Shown here piece by piece: positions 36,444 to 49,116 of a stretch of 64,000 nucleotides of DNA. Under the pieces are notes generated by a model. It had not been told where the DNA came from. It did not search any database and was given only the letters and a program-made list of their open reading frames with translations. Position 1 is the first letter of the stretch. Every line of letters begins with the position of its first letter. The position numbers and the translations under genes are program-made. Location of the stretch: positions 38,876,001 through 38,940,000 of the forward strand of contig NC_086108.1 in NCBI RefSeq assembly GCF_963921235.1. The letters run 5' to 3'. This DNA comes from Mobula hypostoma (lineage: Eukaryota).

Positions 36444-36886
36444 TGGGTTAGGACACAAGACATCTCATTAACCAAGGACTTGGCTCATATTTCAACGTGT
36501 TCCTCTTTCCCTCTGAACTGGAAGTTTAAAGATTTATGGAGAATTTGCTCTTCTTTCCATTCTCTCAAAAGCAGAATTGCTTCTGTGGGCAGCAGGCTGA
36601 CTGACCTATGTTTCTTCAGAGTGTTTTGGAAAACTGGTGGTGGTGTAAAAATTTAGTGCAATATTGAGCATCAAAAGAACCACCTTTGTTGACAAAATTG
36701 TCTGCAAGTGATAGCTTCCCCACGATAATTAGGAATCAAAACCACATCTCCCATTAGAAACTCGTGTAGATCTAAATTTGGAATCTAGGCAAGCATAGGT
36801 GTATGCTAATGGCAGGAGTATAACTGTAACACACGCGAAATGCTGGGGAACGCAGCAGGCCAGGCAGCATCAATGGGAAGAAGCAC

Positions 36887-36925
36887 AGTCGATGTTTCAG
36901 GTCGAGACCCTTCGTCAGGGTTAAC
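36887..36925 (-). ncRNA. Minimal hammerhead ribozyme motif
   Basis: CTGACGA-agggtctcgacct-GAAA-catc-gact; stem I partly eroded. Confidence 0.55.
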
Positions 36926-37794
36926 AGAAAAAAGAGATAGTAAGAGATTTGAAAGTGGGAGGGGGAGGGGGAGACCCGAAATGATAGAAGAAGAGAGGAG
37001 AGGGAGGGATGAAGCTGAGAGCTGGAAAGTTGATTGGCAAAAGGGATACAAGGCTGGAGAATGGAGATTATCATAGGACAGAAGGCCTTGGAAGAAAGAA
37101 AGCGGGAGAGGAGGAAGATGGAGAACAGGCAAGGAGTTATTGTGAGAAGGAACGAGGGAAGAAGAAAAAAAAATAAATTAAATAAACAAATAAATAAATA
37201 AATAAATAGGAGGAGTGGTGTAAGAAGGGGAGGAGGGGCATTAATGGAAGTTAGAGAAGTCGATGTTCATGCCATCAGGTTGGAGGCTACCCAAACGGAA
37301 TATAAGGTGTTGTTCCTCCAACCTGAGTGTGGCTTCATCTCGACAGTAAAGGAGGCCATGGATTGACATATCAGAATGGGAACGGGACGTGGAATTAAAA
37401 TGTGTGGCCACTGGGAGATTCTGCTTCCTCTGACAGACAGAGCAAAGCCTCCAAACTGAAGGCATGAACATTGATTTCTCTAACTTCTGTTAATGCCCCT
37501 CCTCCCCTTCTTACCCCATGCCTCCTATTTATTTATTTATTATCTATCTTCTCTCTTTCCTTTTCACAATAACTCCTTGCCTGTTCTCCATCTTCTTCTG
37601 ATCCTCCCCTCCCCCTTCCTTTCTTCCAAGGACTTCCGTCCTATGATACTCCCCCTTCTCCAGCCTTGTATTCCTTTTGCCAATCAACTTTCCAGCCCTT
37701 GACTTCATCCTTCCCGCTCCTGTCTTCTCCTAACATTTCGGGTCTCCCCCTCCCCCTTCCACTTTCAAATCACTTACTATCTCTTTTCTCCATT

Positions 37795-37830
37795 AGTCCT
37801 GATGAAGGGTCTCGACCCGAAACATCGACT
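37795..37830 (+). ncRNA. Minimal hammerhead ribozyme motif
   Basis: agtc-CTGATGA-agggtctcgaccc-GAAA-catc-gact. Confidence 0.65.
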
Positions 37831-39744
37831 TTACTTCATCCTATTGATGCTGCCTGGCCTGCTGCGTTCACCAGCATTTTGTGTGTGTGTTGCTTGAATT
37901 TCCAATTTCTCGTGTTTACGAGTATAACTGTATCTGCCTTTCTCACCCCTTCCTTAGTCTGTTGTCCCTACCTTATAACTATTGGAACATGCGAGGTAAT
38001 TGCACACTTTCAAATTTTATAGCTTTAGGTAATATTGAATTAAACCACAATGTCAGTAAATAAATTTAATATATACAATTTTATAACTACCACTAGAAAC
38101 TCCATCACATTGGAAACTTACCTCTCAAAGCTGTGTCGTCTCACGCGACCTTCTAATTAGATGAGCTAGATTACAGTAAAATAACAGTATAAAACTGACA
38201 TTTCTTTCAGTTAATCAGATGTTAAAAAGCTGTTAATCAGAATTAATATATTTGGGAACTCTAAATGCAGCATGTGCTATAACAAATAGATAAAATTAAA
38301 TTAATAATGTGTATTCTCGTCAAGCCGAAAGATTAACTTTGAGAAATCTTGTTCTTGTTGTCAGATATCCTGATAAGTCTGAAGCATTTCTACACTGCTG
38401 TGAAACCAGGATTTATTGATTTTTTAGATTCCTTGTTAGTTTTCTTGATAGGATATTTTTAAAATAATAGGTTGTTGCAAAGCTATCTACAACAATGAAA
38501 ATACTTTGGTTACAGAACTGAAATACTCCAAAATTTAATGCCGTGGGCTCATTCATGATGCTTGTTAGTATATAATAGGATTCATAGCACATCATATTAT
38601 GGATGCTTATTGCCAACAAGATTAGTAAGTCTCAAGTAAGTATACTGTATTTTGCTCCAATTAATAATTGACTAAAAGTTGAAGGAATTTCACACATCGA
38701 TTGCAAATTTTGTAAGATCCAGAACTGCTGCTTTGTTTTTAGAACTGCCTATTGTGCAAACAATCATGCAAGGTACAAATGTGGAACATGTTGTATGAGA
38801 GTATAGTGGGTTCCAGTGAATTCAGACACTTCGGTACCAGTACATCTTGGTTTAGTTAAGCAGCTGCCCCTATTTACTGGTTTCATAGGAATAGGTTAAA
38901 GTGAATTTATTGTCAAGGTATATATACGTCACCATATACAACACTGAGATTCATTTTATTTGGGAACTCTAAATGCTTAAAAAGTTATAAAATAGACAAG
39001 CTATCATTTAACTAAATAAGAAATTAGGTATTTAACTGAAATACAGAAGAAATTAGAAAACTATCATTACCACTTCAGCACTATAAAACTGTTTGTAATA
39101 GTTTTCGACGGACGAATTCAGCCACTGTATACTGCTATGCTTTTTTGATTGACTGGAATTGAAAAATATCAGCACAGACACCTAGAGTAGATAATGGACA
39201 AACCTTCATATTTTTTGATGATTGCATCCTCCAAATCTTCATTTTCATTACAACATTCAAGATGATTGCCAATACCTTCACGTCCTTTGTAGTTCCTAAC
39301 TTGTTGAACTTGTTGAAATTGGGAATTGCAACCTACAGTCACAACACATCCAACATTTGCCAAGGCCATATGGGAGAATTGATCCCACTAGTCTATGTAT
39401 CTTTGAATTGGCTTGTGAACTCCAGTTGGTGAATGAGCCTCAAATGAATTGCAGAACTGGAACTCCTTAAATACCACTAACAGTCTCCAAGTAACATTTA
39501 ATAAGGTTCATTGGAGGTCTAAATAATAAAAAAACTATTAGACACATAAAATCAGTTAAAATTAATCTAAAGCATTAACCAGAACTACTTAATATTAAAA
39601 ATAACTTGCCTTCCTCTGGCCTTCTAATCTGTTTTTTTTAGAATTACCACTGAAGTGAACGGGATCTTCAAAACAGGTCCAGAATGTTACTGTAGTGTCC
39701 CAGCAGGCATAAGTCCTCCACTGGATATCACATGGACCATAAGA

Positions 39745-40300
39745 CATGGGAGCAGAATTAGGCCATCAAGTCTGCTCCACCATTCAATTAAGGCTGATTT
39801 GTTTCCCCTCTCAAATTCATTCTCATGCCTTCTCCCCTTAACCTTTGACAGCCTTACCACATAAGTACTTATCAACCTCCACTTTAAATGTATCCAATGA
39901 TTTGGCCTCCACAGTCATCTATGGCAATGAATTCCATAGATTCACCACCCTCTGGCTAATTAAATTCCCCTTCATCACTGTTCTAAAGGGACACCCTTGT
40001 ATTTTGAGGCTGTGCCCTCTGGTCCAAGACTCTTCCACTATTGAAAACATCCTCTCCATGTCCACTTTATCAACATTAGATAGGTTTTAATGAGATCCTT
40101 CCTCATTCTCCAGTGAGTACAGGCCCAGAACCATCAAACATTCATCATCCATTAACACTTTCATTCCCAGGACCATTCTCGTGGACCTCCTCTGGACCCT
40201 CTCCAATGTCAGCACATATTTTCTTAGATATGGGGGCCAAAACTACTCACAATACTCCAAATTTGGTCTGACAAATGGCTTCAAAGCCTCAGCATTACAT
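39745..40300 (-). mobile_element. CR1 LINE 3' fragment
   Basis: accataagacatgggagcagaattaggccat tail and a decayed ORF2 end. Confidence 0.75.
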
Positions 40301-40929
40301 CCATCAAATGGAATCCTATGGTGGAGCATTGTCATGAATATGGTATTACCCTTCACTCGTTTCCAGCGCTCTAGTGTATTTGCTCAACCCAAAGACTCAC
40401 TTCTTTTGATTGGCTGAACCACATTAGTTCTGACCATAGCCAAAGACACTGGTGCTAAGGACATTAAACAGATACAGCATTTCACTTAAACTTGGCATCC
40501 AACCCAGTATATGAGATTCATAATTAATTTTCTTTGCTGATTTGCAGTGAGTTATCTAATTTTATATTAAACAATTACAACTGTAATCCAAGTTTGCAAT
40601 TATTATTGGCACTAAGGTTGTTCTTATTGTTCTAATGACTTAAAAAACAGATACTGCAACATAAATTATTAAGGGAAATTTGCTGTGTGTTTGACTGTAG
40701 GAATCCAAACAGTTGAACATGCTGATAAAGGAGCTAAGGACTCATTAGACTGCTCTCCTGAGCAGTGAAGATGGACTTCTATCAGAAACTGGACAGGGTT
40801 TCTTTAAATATGCAGAATGAACTTGTGTCCAGCTGCAATTTTAGCCATTAGCTATGCCCACAGGAAGCAGAGCAGAAACTGGGCCGTAAGCAAAAATGGC
40901 CAAATACACTAAGCTTTCCTTGCTGGAAA

Positions 40930-41391
40930 TCTGGAAAGAAAAGATGCTCGAAGTAGTCCATCATCAGGGACCCCCACCACCTAGGTCGTGCGCTCTTCTT
41001 GCTGCCGCCATTAGGAAGAAGATACAGGAACCTCAGGACTCTCACCAGCAGGTTCAAGAACAGTTAATACCCCTCAAGCACCAGAGGGAATAACTTCACT
41101 CAGCCCCATCACTGAACTGTTCCCACAAGCTATGGACTCACTTTTAATGACTCTTCATCTCATGTTCTCTATCTGTTGCTTATTTGTTTATTACTATTAT
41201 TATTTATTTTTTCTGTTTGTACTTGCAGTTTGTTTTCTTTTGCACACTGATTGTCTGACTGATAGTGCAGTCTTTCACTGATTCTATTATGATTATTGGA
41301 TTTATTGAGTATGCCCGCAAGAAAATGAATCTCAGGGTTGTATATGGTAACATATATATAATTTAGTAATAAATTTACTTTGAACTTTGAA
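40930..41391 (+). mobile_element. L2-type LINE 3' fragment
   Basis: atcagggacccccaccacc...ggaagaagatacagg followed by a (ctttgaa)n tail; same family as 52190-53145. Confidence 0.7.
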
Positions 41392-42231
41392 GTTAGGCAG
41401 TATCTGTGGAGACAGAAAGGAAATTAACATTCCAGGTTTGAGATCTTCCATCAGAACTGGAAAATCACAACAGAAATTCAATTAGACAATGCCTCACCCA
41501 CATTGTTTCAGGCAAAGACAGCACATTTTTGTTGAACTGTAGGATGAGAATAGAAATAAGACGGGCAGCCATATAACAAGTTCAGTATGGTTTTTTCTCT
41601 CCGTTGAGCCATTGCGAGCTAGCTGAAGAGTCTGAGTGCAGTAGGGTTCTGCCCTTTTATAAAAGGATCTCCCAAAACCTCTGAATAATTTATCTGAGTG
41701 CTGTGACTATTCTTTCTAATTGAGACCTTGCGCTATTCCATTCCTGCTTGCCTATTGGTTTCAAGCATGATATTGAATATAAAATTGCCAATAAAACCTA
41801 GTCATAGATGATTCCCAGGCACTGCACTTTCATGGTTGAAGGGTATTTTACTCAGTCCCTGACTACACAATAGCTATCCAAGTTAACACAACAAGTCTGG
41901 ATTGCACATTATATAGAGGCTTGATTGGTAGTGAAGGAAATTCATATTATTGAAATTAGCCAGAGTCTAAATGACATTTCTGAACATTGAATCCTCTTCC
42001 ACTTACATGTCTCAACAAGTTAGGCTGGGTCATTGCCAATCGATTTTTATTTAGTTTACTCAGAGACAAAAGTATGCTTTCCAGTTCTTTGATTTGAGGA
42101 AATAACTGCAGTGTGGTTAACTAAGTTAATGATATGTTTCACTTTTTGGTTAGTTCATCTCCTCAGTTCTAAAGAAAGGTGAAACATTCAGTATAAGCCT
42201 TTGACTTTGTCTCCTCTTGTCTTCATTGCAG

Positions 42232-43132
42232 GCCTTATTAGTGCTACGTTTAAAGGAGAGGAAAGACTAACTTTCAGAGGGAATGGCAACATTAAGCAAC
42301 AGCTCACCAATGTTACCTTCAGCCTCCAGACAAGGGAACCGAACGCAGTTGTGCTCCACGCTGTAAAGGAACAAGATTTTATCACAGTTGGCACCCAGCA
42401 GGGCCATTTAATATTTATGATACGAAGTGGAAACAGTTGGGGCAATCTGAGTATCTGCAGCTCAAATCCGATAAGCGACGGTCTCTGGCACGATGTTACT
42501 TTTCGCATGAGTGATCCCTTGCTTCAGTATTCCAGCTGGCAGCTGGAAGTAGACAGGAAAGAAATTGTAACCAGTGCGACTGTCAGTGGGAACCTGAACT
42601 TCCTGAGAGCAGAAACGGACATTTACCTAGGTGGCGGAGATGAACGCAAAGGAGGCAGCTTCAAAGGTTGCCTGAACACACTGAAACTTGGTGGCATCTC
42701 CTTGCCGTACATTGCAATTGATAATATGCATATTATCCAACCTCAGCAAGAACAATTTATACAGACATCCTTCAAAATCATATTACTGGGCTGCCCAACA
42801 GAGAGTACTTGTGCATCAAATCCCTGCAAAAATAATGGCAAGTGTGAGCACATGGTCAGTTACTATCAATGTAGCTGCCCTCCAGGCTGGACAGGCTTGA
42901 ACTGTGAAGAGAATATCAACAATTGCCAGTCAAGTCCATGCATTCATGGCAACTGCACAGACAATGTCTCGGCGTACAAATGTGTCTGCTTACCTGGTTT
43001 CACCGGCAATAATTGTGACGTGAGCCTAGACAACTGTCAAAAGCACAGGTGTGCCAATGGAGCAACTTGCATTGACACAGTCGACAATTACTCGTGTAGT
43101 TGCCCGAGTAACTTCACTGGAAGGTTTTGTCA
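42232..43132 (+). CDS. CRB1: CRB1 exon 9 equivalent: laminin-G 3 and EGF x3
   Basis: ttgcag|GC ... TGTCA|gtaagt, 901 bp, phase 1-2. LISATFKG...LTNVTFSLQTR...SDGLWHDVTF...GNLNFLRAETDIYLG...NFTGRFCQ. Confidence 0.97.
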
Positions 43133-46009
43133 GTAAGTAAACTTGTAAAATTAGAATTGACAAAAGTGAAGCCAATCTGCTCTTATACATTGCAGCACTT
43201 TTTTGTTTGTTAATCAGAGTATGAGTAATCAATACCTATTTGAATATTGTTTGCATAACCTTATTTCTTAACTCACTACATCATTTGCTCAATTGATAAT
43301 TTATTACAGGACAGCGATTCAATAAGGCACATTCTCCAAGTCCTGGCCTTTCTATAAACTGTTCCGGTGCATGAATACAGTAGTAACATCAAAAATATAG
43401 AGCGACTGAAGGCATGATGATCACCTTATTGTCCATTACAAGCCTACAAGAAAAAATCAAAAAGAAAATTGTGAAATTGTAGATGCTGGTCCTCCAAAAG
43501 AAAAGGCGAGAAGAACTCAGGCAGCATCTGTGGAGAGAGAGATCAAGTTAATGTTCCAGGTCTGAGATCCTGCCCTCTTCTCATTGCTACCATCACAGGG
43601 GGAGGTACAGGAACCTGAAGACACACACTCAGTGCCTTCGGAACAGCTTCTTCCTCTCTGCCATCAGATTTCTGAATGGTCAGATGAACTCATGTAAACT
43701 ACCTCTTTATTTTTGCTCTCTTTTTGCACCACTTATATAATTTAATTTTTTTGATCTTATTGCAACGTATAGTTTTTTTATTATTATATGTTGCATTGTA
43801 TTGCTACCACAAAAACAACAAATTTCATGACAAATACCATGACATTAAACCCGATTCTGATTGATTGGCCGAGGTCATGACGGGTCTAAATAGGGTAAAT
43901 GGAGGGAATCCATATCCATGATTAAATATTGCTTGGTTGACTGGGCGTCATCAATAAAAAGCAAAAGGATTGGTATATGATGGAGACAGATGTGAGGAAA
44001 AGACTTCTTTATGCAGAAATAAGTGATATACTGGAACTCATTGTCTGTAAGGGCAATGAACATAGAACCAGAACATTCAAAAGATAATTGAATAGGCGTT
44101 TGAGGGAAAGTGAATTAAAGTGCTCCAGCGAAAGAGCAGGGAAATGGGACTGAAAAGGCACAAATGGGCTCAATGGGACAAAGACTGACTTGTACACCAT
44201 AAATATTTACAAACATTTGTAATTGTCCTGTAAGGTGTTATTTTCCTGATGGAAAACCTGCTCACACTTGCAAAACACATGCCTTCTCAGTAAAATGCTA
44301 TTGGAACGAGGCCACACCACCAGCAGATTTCCGGATGGAACAGGTATTGCGAGATCTCATGCCGATACCTGAATTGTAAGTGATGGTCAAAGGATTTGTT
44401 AACATAATTGAGACCGGTACAGCCTGTCCTTGGCACAAGGTTGGTCTGCCTCTTTACTCAGATTGCTCACTCTTTATAAACAACTCTTTGAGTGTAACCA
44501 AATTTTAATAATCAGCTCTATTGTCAGATTCTCTCTCTATCTGTAATACATCAGAAGTTGGACCATCTTTGGAGGGCTATGTATCCAATGAAAAACATTT
44601 CTCTGTGTTGTAATTTTCCTTCATTCATCACAGGGTATGAGTTTCAACAGTTTATTTCAGATGTCCCAATGATATTTGTTTCACAATAGAGGCTCTCTCT
44701 AACATATCTTTGTACACAAAAAAGCCTAACAATACTGTCTACAAATGAACTGGGACCTGAGACCCATGACTATCTCTTTATTTTACATAATACAACCATT
44801 ACTTGAGGCTACTGACAAACCCATGACGAATCAAGTACCAAATAGTGCAACTTGCACGGTTTTGCTATTGCATGTCTTTACACTGGATAGTTGAAAATCT
44901 AAAATGCAAAATTCACTGTGAAAGTAAATTAGACAACTGACAAATTTAAAGAATTATCAGATTGTACAGCACCATGTGACCCTTTGTTGTCCCTCAGAGA
45001 AATCCAGGTGAACCAATGGAGCAAATTCAGAAAGCGACAGATGGCTGTAGAGCCAAGTCACTGTGCATATTTAAGGTAGAGGATTGATAGGTTCATGATG
45101 AGTAAGGGCATCAAAGGTTACAGGGAGAAGGTAGGAGAATGGGGTTGAAAGGGATAATAAATCAGCCATGATGGAGTAGTGGACCAGACTCGATAGGCCC
45201 AATAGCCTGTGGATTATTGTCTTATAGCATTAACAATAATTGTGTAAAAGACTTCAAAGTAACTCCACAGGGTTAATTTAGATTTTAAGATAATTTAAAT
45301 AATTTTTAGATTTTTCAGGTCTCTGTCAGCTAAAGGCAGATCGTGCAATGAATACTGCTTTAAACTTTGCTTAGAATTGTTTCGAATAATCTTTTTCATG
45401 CCCCTTGCTAAGCAATACTAAGGTTACTTTTAATTCAGAGTGGGAAAGATTTATCTTAAAATCTGAATAAGCATCATTTAAATGAATACTCTTTCTCATG
45501 GAAACAACCTATATTTTTCTATGAGAAACAGTATTCATTTAAATGATGCTTATTGCCAGGTCCCATCTGAGATGAAGATAGCTCAGAGTACAAATTAAGA
45601 TTGGCAACTTTTGGTTCCTTCCGCATCGGTGGTGGAGTAGATGGTTTCAGGACATTATTGTGGGAAAAAAAAGAGAGAAATTTTTGAGTGTCTTTGGTCC
45701 TGCATTGTCCTATCCTGCTACAGAAACCATGGTGCCTTCTTAGCTCCCAGTTAAGATATTATTCTGCTGTCACCATTAGAATGGGAAGTAATCTTCAAAT
45801 CCACAAGGCTTCCAGCTACTTTAGAGTAATTTAGTTCTCGTTAAACTTCAATGGAAAGTGCTGAATTTCAGAAGATAGTTAACTTAGTTCTTAACTGTCT
45901 ATAGTTTTTGGTTTGAGTCCAATCATCTCCATAAGGAAGTAATGTAAAATACACACCCACCACATCACTGATTGATCCATTCTTGTTCTTTATATTATTT
46001 CTTTTTTAA

Positions 46010-47520
46010 TAAAAAGGGGACCTGAAAGCCAAGATCAGGGAGGCTAAAGACAGGTACAGGAGGAAGCTTGAGTGGAAACTCCAGCAGAACAACATGAGAG
46101 AGGTCTGGAGTGGGATGAGGACCATCACTGGGTTCCGGCAAACTAGCAACAGAGGAGCTGAAGGCAGTGTGGACAGGGCCAAAGAAACTTAACCTGTTCT
46201 TTAACAGATTTGACATTCTGGCCCCTGCCCATCCCCCATATGAGTCATCTGTTGTCAGCCCCCAACCAACACATATTCCACTCTCCCCTCCTACCCCTCC
46301 TCACAGTCCCCCACCCTGCTCTCATGATTATACCTCTTCCCCACACGAAACTACCACGGTGGGCTTCACAGCTGAACAGGTGAGAAGACAGCTGAAACGT
46401 CTCAACCCAAGCAAGGTTGCAGGACCAGATGGTGTCAGTACCAGGGTGCTCAAAGCCTGTGCCCCTCAGCTATGTGGAGTACTTCGCCATGCCTTCAACC
46501 TGAGCCTGAGACTCCGGAGGGTTCCTGTACTGTGGAAGACGTCCTGCCTCGTCCCTGTGCCGAAGACGCCGCGCCCCAGCGGCCTCAATGACTACAGACC
46601 AGTGGCATTGACCTTCCACATCATGAAGACCCTGGACAGACTTGTTCTGGAGCTGCTCCGGCCTATGGTCAGGCCACACTTAGATCCCCTCCAGTTCGCC
46701 TACCAGCCCCAACTAGGAGATGAGGATGCCATCGTCTACCTGCTGAACCGTGTCTACGCCCAACTGGACAAGCCAGCGAGCACTGTGGAGGTCATGTTTT
46801 TTGACTTCTCCAGTGCGTTCAACACCATCTGCCCTGCTCTGCTGGGGGAGAAGCTGACAGCGATGCAGGTGGATGCTTCCCTGGTATCATGGATTCTTGA
46901 TTACCTGACTGGCAGACCACAGCATATGTGCTTGCAACACTGTGTGTCCGACAGAGTGATCAGCAGCACTGGGGCTCCACAGGGGACTGTCTTGTCTCCC
47001 TTCCTCTTCACCATTTATACCTCGGACTTCAACTACTGCACAGAGTCTTGTCATCTTCAGAAGTTTTCGGATGACTCTGCCATAGTTGGATGCATCAGCA
47101 AGGGAGATGAGGCTGAGTACAGGGCTACGATAGGAGACTTTGTCACATGGTGTGAGCAGAATTATCTGCAGCTTAATGTGAAAAAGACTAAGGAGCTGGT
47201 GGTAGACCTGAGGAGAGCTAAGGTACCGGTGACTCCTGTTTCCATCCAGGGGATCAGTGTGGACATGGTGGAGGATTACAAATACCTGGGGATACGAATT
47301 GACAATAAACTGGACTGGTCAAAGAACACTGAGGCTGTCTACAAGAAGGGTCAGAGCCGTCTCTATTTCCTGAGGAGACTGAGGTCCTTTAACATCTGCT
47401 GGACGATGCTGAGGATGTTCTACGAGTCTGTGGTGGCCAGTGCTATCATGTTTGCTGTTGTGTGCTGGGGCAGCAGGCTGAGGGTAGCAGACACCAACAG
47501 AATCAGCAAACGTATTCGTA
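46010..47520 (+). mobile_element. Rex1/Babar-type LINE with a largely open RT ORF (46167-47558)
   Basis: GPDGVS..LK.CA.QL; DYRPVALT; LDPLQFAYQ; FFDFSSAFNTI; GAPQGTVLSPFLF; KFSDDS; YKYLG. Truncated at both ends. Confidence 0.92.
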
Positions 47521-47994
47521 AGTTCAAAGTAAATTTTAAGACTGAGAGCAAATGGTAAAAAATATCCTATTCCTTCACCTAGCATCACTCGAAGTTTTTG
47601 ACAAACTAAATCAACTTAAAATTTGAAAGCAGAAATTTGATATTATTAATTTCCTAAAGAACATGAAAAATAGAAATTGGAGCAGCAGAACTGTTGTCAT
47701 GGCTGAAATTGAACAGTGCACTGGAAGGTGCACAAATAAAATCTTGCAAGTTGGAACAGAGTTCAAGCTACATTTGTCATTTTGGTATTAGGAAATTAAA
47801 TGGAAAAGCGAATAGAAGAAAACCATAAAATACAGCCTTTGCTGCTGCATGATTCTGTGATGAACTTTGCACTGTTCAAAATTGTGCTTTAACTAGAAAA
47901 CCCACTCTCTGTACAAATGGCATGATTCAACTACAGAAGTGATGCGTCCCACTTGACCCTGCCTGCAGGGAGGACTGTATCTTACCCTGGGAAG

Positions 47995-48788
47995 CAATGT
48001 TCCCTCTAAGATGTGCACATGTGCGTACACACACATCTTTTCTACTAGCACACAAAGGAAATTAAACTGTACATGAAAGGTTGTCACCCTCTACCTCATT
48101 GGCATGTTAAGTATATTACACGATCATACGCAATCATATTTCCTTTTCCGGTTTCTGATGCGGACAGTGTTGACAATGTGGAGATTGCAATGATTTGTCT
48201 GCAGATTTTAGAACTGGCTTATTTATACTGTTTTTATTGAAGAAATTATTGATTCACCATGTTGAATTCCAAAGAAGCAAAGTGCGTCAAGTGCAAAAGA
48301 ACTGCTAGTTTTTTTTAAGTGGATATGTTTAATGAAACAGTAGCAATTGTTACACCAAAATCTGTTCTATGAGAAATGTTGATGTACAATACAAAAACTT
48401 GTGTTACCTGTATGTATTGTTGTGATGCAAAAGTTGCTGGAGAATTTACAAGTGGGAAGAAGTGGATGATATTTGGAAACTTGACTTTTTAAAGTGTCAT
48501 TTAACAAGCAAAACTCATATGGATGGTATGCAAAAACTCTGGCAAGAAAATCCTTCGTAACACAGTACAGACCTGCTACATATGTTTTGTGAGAGTGCAG
48601 GTGAATGAGAGCAAAAATCATCAAACCCAGAGGCAGTGAAACTTCCTATTGACAGTGTTTTGCTAGTCGTTAAAATGAATACCTCTATATATAAAATTCA
48701 GTGCGCAGATATTGTTGTCACTGGGCAAAAAATTGCACTGCACAAGATTTTTGTGCACACTGGTCATTACAAATTAGGGGGAACATTG
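47995..48788 (+). mobile_element. Non-autonomous hAT (Tip100-like) transposon
   Basis: TIRs CAATGTTCCCTCTAA and TTAGGGGGAACATTG; perfect 8-bp TSD CTGGGAAG; short zinc-finger-like remnant CMYCCDAK. Confidence 0.88.
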
Positions 48789-48990
48789 CTGGGAAGTTTG
48801 ACACAACTTACTGCTGCAAAGATAGAGTAAAAAATTTTGAATTCTTGGATGTCAACATTTCAAATGTGAACGCACAAACACATGAGGGACAAAAAAATAT
48901 TAGAACACTTGACATATAACTGTACCAAGATGTTTATCTAGCCTTTTTATAGTCAATAATTAATATAGAATTAATTTCCTTTTGTCATAG

Positions 48991-49116
48991 ATACCTTAGA
49001 TTATCTGTTACATTTTGCCATGATGAGAAGCATAATTGGACCTGTTACAATGGAGGCAACTGTACCGAGGAGAAATTTACAAGGTGTACCTGCCCGTTAG
49101 GATTCACTGGAAGCCT
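48991..49116 (+). CDS. CRB1: CRB1 exon 10 equivalent: EGF (too short for the ORF track)
   Basis: tcatag|A ... AGCCT|gtaagt, 126 bp, phase 2-2. [41 protein letters not shown]. Confidence 0.95.

Larger units (their letters stand above)
36829..37919. mobile_element. Penelope-like fold-back element with a GIY-YIG C-terminal remnant at the centre
   Basis: Inverted arms at about 36829-37300 and 37445-37890; PVATHFNSTSRSHSD...RLEEQHLIFRLGSLQPDGMNIDF; 13-bp TSD gagtataactgta at 36816-36828 and 37920-37932. Confidence 0.9.

Noticed and set aside
41425..41460. Additional hammerhead-like remnants (also about 43545 and 9480-9590)
   Set aside because: Catalytic core mutated or deleted (CTGATGG/GGAA); decayed PLE ends only.
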